Positions 28,675-39,278 of a DNA stretch of 64,000 nucleotides are shown here, piece by piece. Both the position numbers and the translations under genes were made by a program. Position 1 is the stretch's first letter, and the number at the start of each line of letters is the position of its first letter. Location of the stretch: assembly GCA_965208125.1 (NCBI GenBank), contig OZ242320.1, positions 5,568,001 through 5,632,000 of the forward strand. The letters run 5' to 3'. The DNA comes from Candidatus Latescibacterota bacterium (GTDB lineage Bacteria > Latescibacterota > UBA2968). The notes beneath the pieces were generated by a model. It had not been told where the DNA came from and did not search any database. It worked only from the letters and a program-made list of their open reading frames with translations.

Positions 28675-31600
28675 TTCTCACTTTCCGTCAATGCCTTAAA
28701 ATACTCGGCAACGCGGGCGCGGTATTGCTCGGGAATTTCATCTGTCTTGCCAGCGGAAAGGCCATAATCGCTTTTTCGCTCGCGAATCAGATCCGACAAT
28801 TCTTCGGCAGACAGCGTCAAAGGCTTGATCGCGCGATCAAAAATCAAATCGTATTGCGGCACCGCCCCCTTGCGATAATAATCGCGCCCAATACCCGCCA
28901 GATCTTCGCGGATACCCGTCAAACGCTGTCGCACACCTAAATCAGCCGGCAAAAGCGCCTCTGCCTCGCGCAATCGATTCATCCAATCGCGAAAACCGCC
29001 TTCGGCAAAACGTCGCAACTCGTCGGGGTTTCGCGGTCCCCATCCAAATCGCCCGTCATCGTCACTTCTTCCTCCTCCCATCACACTCTCCAAACGCGCC
29101 TGCGCCCGCTCCAGCGCCTCCAGATCATCGCGTACCAGAAGTTGCGCGACACCATCGAGTTTTTCAGCCGCCTGATCCAACTTCTCCGCCACAGCGCGCT
29201 CGTGTGTCTCCGATGCCTGCCACGCCCCCAATCTCACCAATCGCTCGCCCGCTTGCATATCTTCAAAAATACCTTCGCGACTCGTCTCGCGCAGCCAGTC
29301 ATTGAGCTTTTGCGACATCAAACCCTGGCTTTCAGCGGCCTTTTCTGCCAACGCACTCGCCTCCTCCATCATATCGCGGAACTGATCGGCCGTGCGTTGC
29401 TTCCCTTCGAGCATCTCGCTCAACCCGCGCTCCGCATCAGACAGTGTTCCGCGCCGCGTCTGCTGCTCCTGTGCCTGTGCAACCAGACCGCGCTGTTGGG
29501 CGCGCAAACTATCCATCTGGTCTTGCAACATCTTCATACGCTCAGCCGCCGCCCCGCGCGATAAATTGCCCAATTGCTCCTGCACATCGCGCAATGCGTC
29601 CAAAGCGCGATTACCCGCAGCCCGCGCTCGTTGCAACTGATCGCTCTCCAGGTTTTGCGCGCTGCGACTCATTTGCTGCCGCGCACCTTCCAATTGTTCC
29701 CGCGCCCGCCGCGCCTGTTGTGGGTCCATATCCCCAGACGCAATCTCGCCATTGACCGCATCGAGCGCGTCCATTGTCTGACGCTGCGCCTCGCGCAACT
29801 GCTCCAGGCGACGTTTAGCCTCTTCGCGTGCTTCGCCATCCAGCTTTTCCACCTCTGAAATCAACTGCGCCACATCTTCGTTAATCGCCGCCTGCCGCCT
29901 CGTCAATTCCTCAATTTTATTTTGTGCATCTGCCGTCTCGGCGAGTTGCTGTTGCAGTGTAGATGCCTCTTCCCGAAAATCTCGCCGCTGCGCCAACTCC
30001 AGACCATCCAACTCGCGTTGCTGTGCCTGGCCCCCACCACCGCCGCGCTGCCGCTGCCTGCCTTGCACGATCTCCGCCTCTCTCGGTCTCCTCTGCAACA
30101 GGTATCGATACGCGCGCTGTGCATGCCCCCATGCCCTTGCCAATGCCGCATCGGGATCTTCAAAAGACGCCTCGTGCAATGCCTCTACAACGCCCGCAAA
30201 CTCAGCTTCCAAATCCGCTGCCGGATTCCTCACAGAACCCCGAACATTCTCCTGCGCTTCAATAATAGCGTGTTTTTGATCATCGTATTCTTCTCGATCC
30301 ATTCCCGACGCGCCTTTGCGCAAATTCCAAATCGCAATAATCACCTGCTTCTGGTTCTCAGCACCACCCCGCTGCCCCCTGCCCTGCCCCTGCTGACCAC
30401 CCTCATTACTCACAGCTTGGCGATAGAGCCGTTCAAAAGGCCGAATTTCCAAAAAGTAGGGATCGCCCAGAGTCTCAATCTCAGACCGCCCCGGCTTGCC
30501 ATCTTCTGCCCAGACCGTCCAGGTAATAAAATCGCCCGCAGCGAGATCCAGATCTTCCAATGCCATCGGATGCTCGCCCTCGGCACTCTCTATCCGCGTG
30601 GTCTCCGTCTTAAGAGAAATCCGCACGGGATCGCGTCCTGCCACCTCGTATTGCAAACCGTAATCCATAAGCCCGTAATCGTCCTTTATCGAAAATCCAA
30701 AAGCCACTTCCTCTATTGCCGTAGCTTCGTCATCTCCGCGTGGAAAACGAACCTGGATGCGCGGCGGCTGATCCACTTTGGCCGTAATTTTATACGCGCG
30801 CGCATACTCATTCTCCTCGCCATCGGCATCTCGCAACCCCACCGTGTACGAGCTATTCTCTGTAATTGACAGCGTACCTTCCCACAAGGCATCATCTGAT
30901 TTCTCCAACGCCATTTCTTCCCCACCATCCAATATTAGAGCTGCCTTCTCCAGCGCTTTATTCACCGTCACCGACACCACCACCTCAGTACCTTCGGGCG
31001 CCGTAATATCGCCCCCATAAGGCACATCGCGGTCTTCCATCTTCAAATAATCGGGATAGCGATATAGGAGTCCAATCGACACGACTTCGGGCGGCGTCCA
31101 CACCGACAGTGTATAGACATCGGAGCGATAAGACCCAACCTGCACCTGGTATTCTGTATCGGCATACAAATCGCGCAACTGGTGGGCAAACACATCGCCA
31201 GCCTCTCCAGGCTCTAAAGGCGCAGTTTGCCAGTCTCCGCCCGATGCCCGCCATTGAATCGCCTTGCTCGCACTCATAAGATCTGTCGTCACCCAAACCA
31301 TCTGATGCGCCCCTCGCCGCACCCGAGTATCGCCCGGTTCAACCGTATAGGGCAATGGCAAAACCGGTGTAAAAAACAACCGCCCTGCAATATCGCGCAG
31401 ATCAACCTGCCACAATGCGATGAGCAACACAACAGTACCCAATCCCCAAACCCCAACAACCGCGCGGCGCACGCGCTTCAAAACGCGCAAATCAATCACA
31501 GGTGGCGCCTGTATCGCCGACAATTCGCGCACCTGCTGAAACACCTGCTCGGTCATCCACTCGGAAACCGGCGTTGCTCCGTGCAACGACACGGTGCTCA

Positions 31601-31907
31601 CAATCAGATCCTCAAGCTCGGGATGATGTGCGTCGAGAAACAGCGCGATCTGCTCTCGCGTCACCTCCGTCCGCTGCGGAACGTACAACCACTTATAACC
31701 CGCGCCAAAGACCAGAATGAGAAATGCTATCACCGGCACAATCACAGGCACGCGATCGGCAAAAGCCACCACAGCGCACAACCCAATCAGCAAACCCAAA
31801 AACACCGCGCCAAACATCAACCGCCCCTGCAAGCGCCGCCGCCGTTCAAACTGCGCGGCCACCTCGCGGATTGCGTGTTCCAATTTAAGCGGTAGCAATG
31901 GTATCAT
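28671..31907 (-). CDS. DUF4175-like membrane-anchored Ig-like + long coiled-coil protein
   Basis: N-terminal TMs, YPDYL, DQPP.I, DDYG, Q/E/A-rich coiled coil, C-terminal PEQYRARVAEYFKAL. Confidence 0.7.
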   Translation of the reverse strand: MIPLLPLKLEHAIREVAAQFERRRRLQGRLMFGAVFLGLLIGLCAVVAFADRVPVIVPVIAFLILVFGAGYKWLYVPQRTEVTREQIALFLDAHHPELEDLIVSTVSLHGATPVSEWMTEQVFQQVRELSAIQAPPVIDLRVLKRVRRAVVGVWGLGTVVLLIALWQVDLRDIAGRLFFTPVLPLPYTVEPGDTRVRRGAHQMVWVTTDLMSASKAIQWRASGGDWQTAPLEPGEAGDVFAHQLRDLYADTEYQVQVGSYRSDVYTLSVWTPPEVVSIGLLYRYPDYLKMEDRDVPYGGDITAPEGTEVVVSVTVNKALEKAALILDGGEEMALEKSDDALWEGTLSITENSSYTVGLRDADGEENEYARAYKITAKVDQPPRIQVRFPRGDDEATAIEEVAFGFSIKDDYGLMDYGLQYEVAGRDPVRISLKTETTRIESAEGEHPMALEDLDLAAGDFITWTVWAEDGKPGRSEIETLGDPYFLEIRPFERLYRQAVSNEGGQQGQGRGQRGGAENQKQVIIAIWNLRKGASGMDREEYDDQKHAIIEAQENVRGSVRNPAADLEAEFAGVVEALHEASFEDPDAALARAWGHAQRAYRYLLQRRPREAEIVQGRQRQRGGGGGQAQQRELDGLELAQRRDFREEASTLQQQLAETADAQNKIEELTRRQAAINEDVAQLISEVEKLDGEAREEAKRRLEQLREAQRQTMDALDAVNGEIASGDMDPQQARRAREQLEGARQQMSRSAQNLESDQLQRARAAGNRALDALRDVQEQLGNLSRGAAAERMKMLQDQMDSLRAQQRGLVAQAQEQQTRRGTLSDAERGLSEMLEGKQRTADQFRDMMEEASALAEKAAESQGLMSQKLNDWLRETSREGIFEDMQAGERLVRLGAWQASETHERAVAEKLDQAAEKLDGVAQLLVRDDLEALERAQARLESVMGGGRSDDDGRFGWGPRNPDELRRFAEGGFRDWMNRLREAEALLPADLGVRQRLTGIREDLAGIGRDYYRKGAVPQYDLIFDRAIKPLTLSAEELSDLIRERKSDYGLSAGKTDEIPEQYRARVAEYFKALTESEK

Positions 31908-33820
31908 GTCCGTACCTCCCGCGCACTCAAATACGCGGCATAAAAATGTTCGAGCAAAAGCAAAACAAGTAAAAACCCAAGCACCCAGCGGCCGTATTCA
32001 TACACAATCGAAAGATCAGCCGTTTGTTTGCCATCTCGCTGAAATAATACGGGTGCATCGCACAGCCGAATCTCAAATTCCGCGGGCGTTATCCGCGCCA
32101 AATCGCTCTCTCGATCCGCAACATTGATCGATGCGGTTTGCGCTTCCCACTGATATACGCCAGGCGCGTGAAATATGCGCATATCGCCAACTACAGAATC
32201 CAATCCCTCTGGTCCCAGAACCCGTTCCACCGCATCAGAAGTACTTATGGCATCGCCCACCAGATAATCTGTCTCAATCTCCCGATCACCCGATAAATAG
32301 CGCAACGTCTCGTGCAACAAAGGCACAAACCGCGGCGTCCGCGCCAGATTTGACCGATCAAACCCCATTCCACCGCCCCAGACCACAATGCGACCTTCTC
32401 CTATCTTACCTTCGACAATAGCGGGCATCAAATCGTCGTATTTTGCCAGCACCGCGACTGAACTATCGGCGTTAATAACGTGGTAATTCTCATAGCGCAC
32501 AGATGAAAAATCGTTAAACCGCGCGCCCCTGAAAGGACGAAAAATGGGATGTTCCAAATCGACCCACGCCAGCGCGGCATACCCCGCATCCTCCACTCCA
32601 AAAACCCGGATATTCGCATGCGCGAGCAAAGCATTCACAGACTGAATATCGGCATCCCTGCGAAGCGGCAAAAACAGCGCCCCACCTTCTTCAACATAAT
32701 CTGCAAACTCGCTTACAGAAGTCACATCTTCGGCAATCACCACCGACCCCATAAGTTCTCCAGACCAGACCAATCGCCAATCCGCGCCCTCGGACACAGC
32801 AGCCTTGAGCATAAACCGCGAGGACTCCGACGCGTTCAATACCGCAATGGGATGTTGCGGTTTGGCAAGCCACGCAAAAAAACGGCGATCATCTCGCTGC
32901 AACCCATCGCCTCCCGCAAGTGCGACATATCCGTTCATCCCATCCTCCAGAGGCACGGAGAACGCCACCTGCGTCGCATTGCCCTGCAACACCGTCACAT
33001 CGCGCGATTCTACCACTTCTCCACCAACCACCAGTTGCGCGGCAAACGCGCCTTGTCCAGACCAGTTTCGCACCCGAGCGCGAACCCGCAATACATCGTC
33101 CTTTACAGCCCGCACGGCGAGCGCGTCAACCGACGCATTGGACACCTGGGCGGCTCCCACGTCAACCGCTTGAAGCTCAATCGCGCCCGGCAACCGCCAT
33201 CCCATATCGGACAGCGGCATACCACTCGCCTGAAAATCGCTGATCACGTGAACCACGCGCTTCACCTGCATGGTATCAGCCGCAAAAACATGCTCAACCG
33301 CCTGAAGCGCCAAAGCATAATCAGTATGTCCCCACGTCACATCGGCGTCCTCAATAGCGCGTCGCACATCTGCCACATCACCCGAAAGCGGCACATCCAC
33401 CACAGCCTGTTGTGCAAATCGCACAAACCCAACCCGATCCCCCGGTCCCAAAGTCTCCAGCACGGACTTCGCCCCCATCTTCGCGCGCTCCCAAACCTCA
33501 TCATATCCCATACTCAGCGAAACATCCATCGCAATCACATGATCCGTCGTTCCCGAAGACACCGCCTCAGCATTCAACATCATCTCTTGAAAAGGCCGCG
33601 CAAACGCAAGCGCCAGAGCGACCAGCACCGCCATTCGCAACAACATCAACACAATGTGTTGAACGCGCCTGCGCTCAATCACCTCGCGCTTAACATCGGG
33701 CACAAACATCAAACTGCTAAACCGCACGGTTTCGCGCTCGGGGCGGCGAATGCGATGCACAAAATAGGGAATGCCAATCAGCGCAACCCCAAATGCAAAT
33801 AGCGGAACCAGCAACCCCAT
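31904..33820 (-). CDS. BatA-domain and VWA-domain protein
   Basis: IPYFVH..RFSSLMF..LLRMA..LAFARP (BatA N-terminus); MDVSLSM MIDAS; ISDFQ. Confidence 0.85.
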   Translation of the reverse strand: MGLLVPLFAFGVALIGIPYFVHRIRRPERETVRFSSLMFVPDVKREVIERRRVQHIVLMLLRMAVLVALALAFARPFQEMMLNAEAVSSGTTDHVIAMDVSLSMGYDEVWERAKMGAKSVLETLGPGDRVGFVRFAQQAVVDVPLSGDVADVRRAIEDADVTWGHTDYALALQAVEHVFAADTMQVKRVVHVISDFQASGMPLSDMGWRLPGAIELQAVDVGAAQVSNASVDALAVRAVKDDVLRVRARVRNWSGQGAFAAQLVVGGEVVESRDVTVLQGNATQVAFSVPLEDGMNGYVALAGGDGLQRDDRRFFAWLAKPQHPIAVLNASESSRFMLKAAVSEGADWRLVWSGELMGSVVIAEDVTSVSEFADYVEEGGALFLPLRRDADIQSVNALLAHANIRVFGVEDAGYAALAWVDLEHPIFRPFRGARFNDFSSVRYENYHVINADSSVAVLAKYDDLMPAIVEGKIGEGRIVVWGGGMGFDRSNLARTPRFVPLLHETLRYLSGDREIETDYLVGDAISTSDAVERVLGPEGLDSVVGDMRIFHAPGVYQWEAQTASINVADRESDLARITPAEFEIRLCDAPVLFQRDGKQTADLSIVYEYGRWVLGFLLVLLLLEHFYAAYLSAREVRT

Positions 33821-34749
33821 CACACCCCTCCGGACCGCCTGCTCGGCGCGATCAGCCCATCGTTGCGCCGATGTAAAAACCGGTGCAACGCCATATCTAA
33901 GGGTTCCGAACACGCGAACTCTTCAATGTCGATTTCCGCCGACAAACACGCTTCTCTTATCGCGTCAAAATGTCGCCTGCGATTTTCCAAATAGGCTTCG
34001 CGCACCTCCTCTGGCACGGCAAATTGCTCGCGACTATCCTCAGCATCCACCAGCGTCACTGACCGATCAAAGGGAAACGTCTGCTCAGCCGGATCGCTCA
34101 CCTGCAACACCAGCACATCGTGACGCTGCGCCCTCAGAGAACGCAAATGCACAATCATCTCATCTGCCGGATGCAACAAATCGCCGATCAACACCACCAT
34201 GCCCCGTGCAGGCAACACATCGCCCATCACCCGCAACGTCCCCGCCGTATCCGTCTCTTCACCCGCGGGCCTCAAATTGTCGATCTCCATCAAAATGCGA
34301 TGGCGTTGCCCGTCTCGACGACGCGCTGGCACATGCGCAATCAACTCCCGATGATAAGCCGCAAAACCCACGGCATCCCCTTGGCCGGAAGCCAGCATCA
34401 CCAGACACGCCGCCAGCATCTGTGCATACCGAAACTTGCTCACATCTCCCGAACCATAGTCCATAGACGCGCTGCAATCCAGCAAAATAGTAGAACGCAA
34501 ATTGCGCTCATCCTGAAACTGCTTCACGTGCAGCCGATCACTCCGACCATACAGCCGCCAATCGACAAAGCGCAAATCATCGCCCCACGCATAGGGACGA
34601 TATTGGGCAAACTCGACCGACGCCCCATGGTGAATACTGCGATGCGCCCCACCTTGCAGTCCCGATATAACCGTACGCGCCAAAAGCTCCAGATCCGCAA
34701 TACGCGCCAACTCGGCCGGATCGAGATATGTGTAAATAGAGTTTTGCAT
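33820..34749 (-). CDS. DUF58 domain-containing protein
   Basis: GAHRS..GASVEFAQYRPY..GDDLR.VDWR; LDCSASM. Confidence 0.92.
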   Translation of the reverse strand: MQNSIYTYLDPAELARIADLELLARTVISGLQGGAHRSIHHGASVEFAQYRPYAWGDDLRFVDWRLYGRSDRLHVKQFQDERNLRSTILLDCSASMDYGSGDVSKFRYAQMLAACLVMLASGQGDAVGFAAYHRELIAHVPARRRDGQRHRILMEIDNLRPAGEETDTAGTLRVMGDVLPARGMVVLIGDLLHPADEMIVHLRSLRAQRHDVLVLQVSDPAEQTFPFDRSVTLVDAEDSREQFAVPEEVREAYLENRRRHFDAIREACLSAEIDIEEFACSEPLDMALHRFLHRRNDGLIAPSRRSGGV

Positions 34750-34760
34750 TAGTGGTTAGC

Positions 34761-35783
34761 CTACACCAGATCCGCTTCCGGCGGTTGAATCGTCTCCAGC
34801 AGTCGATTGATAACATCCTCGGCATTTACGCGATCGGCTTCGGCTCTAAAATTGGTCAAAATGCGGTGGCGCAGCACATTGGGTGCAACTGCCTGAACAT
34901 CGCCAAAAGAAACGTGATATCGCCCCTTGAGCAGTGCCCGCGCCTTCGCCCCCAGCAACAACCCCTGCACGCCGCGTGTCCCAGCACCCCAACTCACCCA
35001 TGAAGTCACAAAATCCGGTGCCGTATCCCCCGGACGGCTCGCCTGCACCAGTTGCACCGCATAACGCGCCACAGGCTCGGCAACCGGAACCATCCTCACC
35101 AGCCTGGCAAAATCGAGCATATCTGCACCCGAAAACACAGGCTCGACCTCTTCAGCCTCAATCGACGTCGTACGGGTCGCTACGTCTAACTCTTCATCCT
35201 CCGCCAAATAATCAATCCAGATATTCATCATAAAGCGATCCAACTGCGCCTCGGGCAGTGGATAGGTCCCCTCCAGTTCAATGGGATTCTGCGTCGCCAG
35301 AACGAAAAACGGTTGCTCCAGCGCGTGCAAATTACCTCCTATTGTCACCTGCTTCTCCTCCATCGCCTCCAGCAGTGCAGCCTGCGTCTTGGGCGGCGTG
35401 CGGTTAATCTCATCAGCCAGCAAAATATGCGTAAAAATAGGACCCGAAATAAACCGCAACTCGCGATGCCCGCCCACGCGATCCTCATCGATAATCTCTG
35501 TACCCGTTATATCCGAAGGCATCAAATCTGGCGTAAACTGCACGCGCTTAAAATCCAAATCCAGAATTTTCGCAATCGTACGCACCAGCAGCGTCTTTGC
35601 CAAACCCGGCGCCCCCGTCAACAAACAATGACCGCCGCTAAACAACACAATCAGCAGCGACTCGATAACCTCATCCTGCCCGACGATCACCTTGCGAATC
35701 TGCTCCATCATCCGCGCTCGACCATCGCGCAACTTGTCTATCGCCTCAGCTTCAAATGGCGTTTCCTGTACTTGAATTTCCAA
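34761..35783 (-). CDS. moxR: MoxR family AAA+ ATPase
   Basis: GAPGLAKT, RVQFTPDLMPSDITG, LADEINRTPPKTQAALLEAM, ATQNPIE.EGTYPLPEAQLDRF. Confidence 0.95.
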   Translation of the reverse strand: MEIQVQETPFEAEAIDKLRDGRARMMEQIRKVIVGQDEVIESLLIVLFSGGHCLLTGAPGLAKTLLVRTIAKILDLDFKRVQFTPDLMPSDITGTEIIDEDRVGGHRELRFISGPIFTHILLADEINRTPPKTQAALLEAMEEKQVTIGGNLHALEQPFFVLATQNPIELEGTYPLPEAQLDRFMMNIWIDYLAEDEELDVATRTTSIEAEEVEPVFSGADMLDFARLVRMVPVAEPVARYAVQLVQASRPGDTAPDFVTSWVSWGAGTRGVQGLLLGAKARALLKGRYHVSFGDVQAVAPNVLRHRILTNFRAEADRVNAEDVINRLLETIQPPEADLV

Positions 35784-35814
35784 AAAGGACCTCAGTGGTT
35801 AGTGATTAGATTTC

Positions 35815-35903
35815 GGGCGACCACGGGCGGTGTACAACTGGTCGTTTCCCAGACCAGTTCACGGATCGCCCCTACATTCTATTCCTTCGTGTTCTTCGTG
35901 GAT
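35815..35903 (-). repeat. GTAG-type REP with nested hairpin module, preceded by a 9-mer repeat
   Basis: Minus strand: CACGAAGAA CACGAAGGA ... TGTAGGGGCGATCCG[TGAACTGGTCTGGGAAACGACCAGTTGTACACCGC]CCGTGGTCGCCC. Confidence 0.7.
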
Positions 35904-35922
35904 TTCATCTCTCACCGCCTCC

Positions 35923-36774
35923 TCAATGCGTCATCGCATACACCACGATATTAATACCCATCGGATACGCCTTGGGCGCGGAAAAATTGCGAAAATACTC
36001 GTAATTCTCACCCTCGCGCTCCCAGCCATCCCCCAAATCTGTATTGTGCATCACCACAACCATCAACCGTCCATCCCGGTCAAAAATGCCCTTGCAATGC
36101 GCCTCAGAACCGTATTGGTCATAACGCCCTGCCCAGCCCTCATAAGTAATCCCCGTCGATTGCCAGTCCCAGAAACTCCCCAGACCCGGTACCTGTGGCA
36201 CCTCCTTAATATCAAACACAATGTGAAACAACTCGTGATCCAGCGGAATATCCACCAGGGGAAATTCATCGGGTGGCAACACCTGAGAAATCTCGTACTC
36301 CCAATTTCGCCACGCATCATCTCCCCAGAAATCATCCACGAGCAAAAAACCACCGCGCAACAAATAATCGCGCAATCCCTCCTGCTCGGACACACTCAGC
36401 GCCATCCGCCCCACTTCGAGCATATAAATAAAAGGATACTTAAACACCTCGGGATCATCGAGACGCACGATCACATGCTTAAACTGCCCGTCTTCTGTGC
36501 GATTGACGTTGAGCGTTGTAATTTGAGACAGCCGCAGCGAAAAATTCTCATCCGACTCGGGATAATCTACCGCCCAACTACCCCGCCGCCGATACCCCCA
36601 ACCATCCTCACCCGTATAATTCGAATACTCGATACGGCAAAACGTAAACGTATTACCCGGGAAAATATCGCGCTCCATCCGCTCGACAGGGCCTCGCCGT
36701 CTGCGCCCGAACTGTGCATCGACATCCCACTCGGGCATCAACAGCACCAACAAACACGCTATAACAATTCGCAT
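35923..36774 (-). CDS. DUF4159 domain-containing protein (secreted)
   Basis: WAVDYP.SD.N, YPFIY, LRDYLLRGGFLLVDDFWG, HNTDLGDGWE, GINIVVYAMTH. Confidence 0.9.
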   Translation of the reverse strand: MRIVIACLLVLLMPEWDVDAQFGRRRRGPVERMERDIFPGNTFTFCRIEYSNYTGEDGWGYRRRGSWAVDYPESDENFSLRLSQITTLNVNRTEDGQFKHVIVRLDDPEVFKYPFIYMLEVGRMALSVSEQEGLRDYLLRGGFLLVDDFWGDDAWRNWEYEISQVLPPDEFPLVDIPLDHELFHIVFDIKEVPQVPGLGSFWDWQSTGITYEGWAGRYDQYGSEAHCKGIFDRDGRLMVVVMHNTDLGDGWEREGENYEYFRNFSAPKAYPMGINIVVYAMTH

Positions 36775-36791
36775 TGTGAAATCTCCAAATC

Positions 36792-36849
36792 AGTCCCCAC
36801 TCCCCAACTCCTCACCTTTCATCTGTGTTTATCTGCGTTCATCTGCGGA
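36792..36849 (-). repeat. 10-mer CAGAT repeats plus 7-mer repeats at a gene junction
   Basis: Minus strand: CGCAGATGAA CGCAGATAAA CACAGATGA, then GGTGAGGAGTTGGGGAGTGGGGAC. Confidence 0.7.
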
Positions 36850-39278
36850 TACTTTGCATCCACCAATTCCAACAACAACTGTTGTGCATCCCAAAAATGC
36901 GGCATGGTTTCCAACAGCGCGAGCACCTCGGCTTTTGCGGCTCTGACCTCACCCTTTTTTGCGAGCGCCTCCGCCAGATTGAGCCGATGCGCGGCTCGGC
37001 CCGGTACATCCAGATAAATCAACCGGCGCCAATCGGCAATAGCCGCATCCCAGTCTTCCAGCATCTCGTGAACCTCAGCGCTTCGCGTCAGTATCTCAAC
37101 CTGAAAAGGACGCACCGCCAATGCCCGGTCCAGCACTGCACGCGCAGCCGCCCAGTCTCTATCCTTCACATACAATCCGCTCAACGCCAGACAGGCTTCG
37201 TGCGCCATCGCATCCCATCCAACGAGCTTTTTTAAAGCTTTGCGATACCACTCCGGATCACCGCGCACAGCACCTGCATCCGCCCATAGCCTCAAAGGCG
37301 CATCTTCCGCGGCATAGTCTGGATACAGAGCATGCGCTTTCAGAAAAAACCGCTCTGCATTCGCCCAGTTCTCTGCCTCTACTGCCTCTTTCCCTGCATT
37401 TAATTTCTGGCGAAACTCCGAATTTTTGGATAGCGCCTTGAGAGGTGCGCATCGATTCCCCAGATATTCCATAAACCGCTCATCCAGGAGACGAGCAGAA
37501 ACACCACTGGCCGAAACCAACGCCTCAACAGCCTCCATGCCATCGCCAATGCGGTCGAGTGCCATCACCAGCGCATCGTGGCCGTAGTGATTCACGTAAA
37601 AAGCCACAAACTCGCCCGATACAAAATACCCATACATCAGATGCATTGGCGTTTCTGGATCCGTAAAAAACCGCCCGAGATCGCCTACAGCCGGAAATCC
37701 CTCGCCATCCACAATATGCTTAAAATTCGGACTCAGCCGCTGTCCCCACGACACATCTTTTTGCGTCTCTTCATAGACCGAAATCCCCTCCGACAACCAG
37801 CGCGGCATGCGATTGTGGGTCTTTTGCAGCGTAATCACATGCACAAACTCGTGCCACAACACCTGTTGCCAGTTCATCGTGCCAGGTGGTCGCGCCCGAG
37901 GAGAATCCATTGTAACCAACCGCCCAAAACAAATGCCCAAATGCCCTGCATTGCCCGGCAGCCCAACCGACCGCACCATAAACACATCGTGATCGTCAAA
38001 CACCTGCACCACCACGGGCGTGTGCAACTCAATATTGTATTTTCTCTGATAGTACAAAGCTGCTTCATTGAGCAGTCCCAACAATCCATCGGACATCACC
38101 TCGGCTTCTTGCCTGGGCAATTGCAACTTGAAAACACCCCGCGATATCGTCACAAAACCATCGATCGCATCGGCAGCCTCGAGCAAATTATACGCCCGCA
38201 CGCTATATGGATCAGCCGCAAAAACCCGCTCCAACTCGCGCCGCGCCTCGGCATCTTTGCCCAACCGCAACAAATCATATGCCAACAGCAAACGCGCCTC
38301 AACATCTTTTGCATCAATTTCCAACGCGCGCGCTTGAAAAGCACGCCCTTCTTCAAACCGGTATTGCCGAGACGCAATGCGCCCAGGAATGCGAAAAGCA
38401 CCTGAAAAATACCCATTAAAAGCCAATGCTCGTTCCTGAATTTTTTGCATCGCCACTGAATCGTCCAATAAAAAAAACGCCGCCGCCTTTAACCCCAGCG
38501 CTTTCAGGTGGTTTGGATTAACAGACAGGATAGAATCCAGCACCGCAAGCGCGGCATGTGCCTCATTGCGACCCAACAATTGCTCGGCTTGCAACCGCCG
38601 GACCTCCAGATGATTCGAATTGAGGGCGAAAAGTTGCGCCATCACTTCCAAAACCCGATCATCGCCCGCGTGGTAATAACACCACATCAACCCCGCCAAA
38701 GCCTCTTGATTTTCGGGATCCAACGCAAGTGCTGCACCGTATTTCTCTGCCGCCACATCAAAAGCGCGTTTGTCCAGAGATAGCTTCCCCGCCGCAATAA
38801 GCACAGGCACGCTATTGGGAAATGCCTGAGCCATCAAATTGTAAAATCGCAACAGCGATTTTGGATCTTCGCCCTTTAACTCGCGCAGCCGCGCAGCCGC
38901 GAGAAAATCATCGACATCAGGGCGATATTCCGACAACATACTCACCTGATTCTCGGCCTTCATCAATGCCAGACCATAATCGCCCATCCGACCGCGCATG
39001 CGATACAACTCGGCCAACCGCACGGTCACATCGGGCGAACTTCCAATCCCCTCCAGTTGCGCAATCGCTTCGTCAACGCGCCCTGTCAACACCAGCAACT
39101 CGGCGTAATCCCGCCGCGTTGACCACGGATGATAAGACGCCCGCTCGAGCACATTCACCGCCTCGGCATAATCGCCCCGCGCCCACAACGTGCGATAATC
39201 CGTCTCCTGAGCAGAAACGCTTTCCACAACGAGGCCAAAAAGGATGACACAGATTAAATATGTAATTTGAGAACGCAT
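36819..39278 (-). CDS. TPR-repeat protein with peptidase MA-like (gluzincin) domain
   Basis: Signal peptide, many TPRs, LWHEFVHVITL...PRWLSEGISVYE. Confidence 0.85.
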   Translation of the reverse strand: MRSQITYLICVILFGLVVESVSAQETDYRTLWARGDYAEAVNVLERASYHPWSTRRDYAELLVLTGRVDEAIAQLEGIGSSPDVTVRLAELYRMRGRMGDYGLALMKAENQVSMLSEYRPDVDDFLAAARLRELKGEDPKSLLRFYNLMAQAFPNSVPVLIAAGKLSLDKRAFDVAAEKYGAALALDPENQEALAGLMWCYYHAGDDRVLEVMAQLFALNSNHLEVRRLQAEQLLGRNEAHAALAVLDSILSVNPNHLKALGLKAAAFFLLDDSVAMQKIQERALAFNGYFSGAFRIPGRIASRQYRFEEGRAFQARALEIDAKDVEARLLLAYDLLRLGKDAEARRELERVFAADPYSVRAYNLLEAADAIDGFVTISRGVFKLQLPRQEAEVMSDGLLGLLNEAALYYQRKYNIELHTPVVVQVFDDHDVFMVRSVGLPGNAGHLGICFGRLVTMDSPRARPPGTMNWQQVLWHEFVHVITLQKTHNRMPRWLSEGISVYEETQKDVSWGQRLSPNFKHIVDGEGFPAVGDLGRFFTDPETPMHLMYGYFVSGEFVAFYVNHYGHDALVMALDRIGDGMEAVEALVSASGVSARLLDERFMEYLGNRCAPLKALSKNSEFRQKLNAGKEAVEAENWANAERFFLKAHALYPDYAAEDAPLRLWADAGAVRGDPEWYRKALKKLVGWDAMAHEACLALSGLYVKDRDWAAARAVLDRALAVRPFQVEILTRSAEVHEMLEDWDAAIADWRRLIYLDVPGRAAHRLNLAEALAKKGEVRAAKAEVLALLETMPHFWDAQQLLLELVDAKYPQMNADKHR

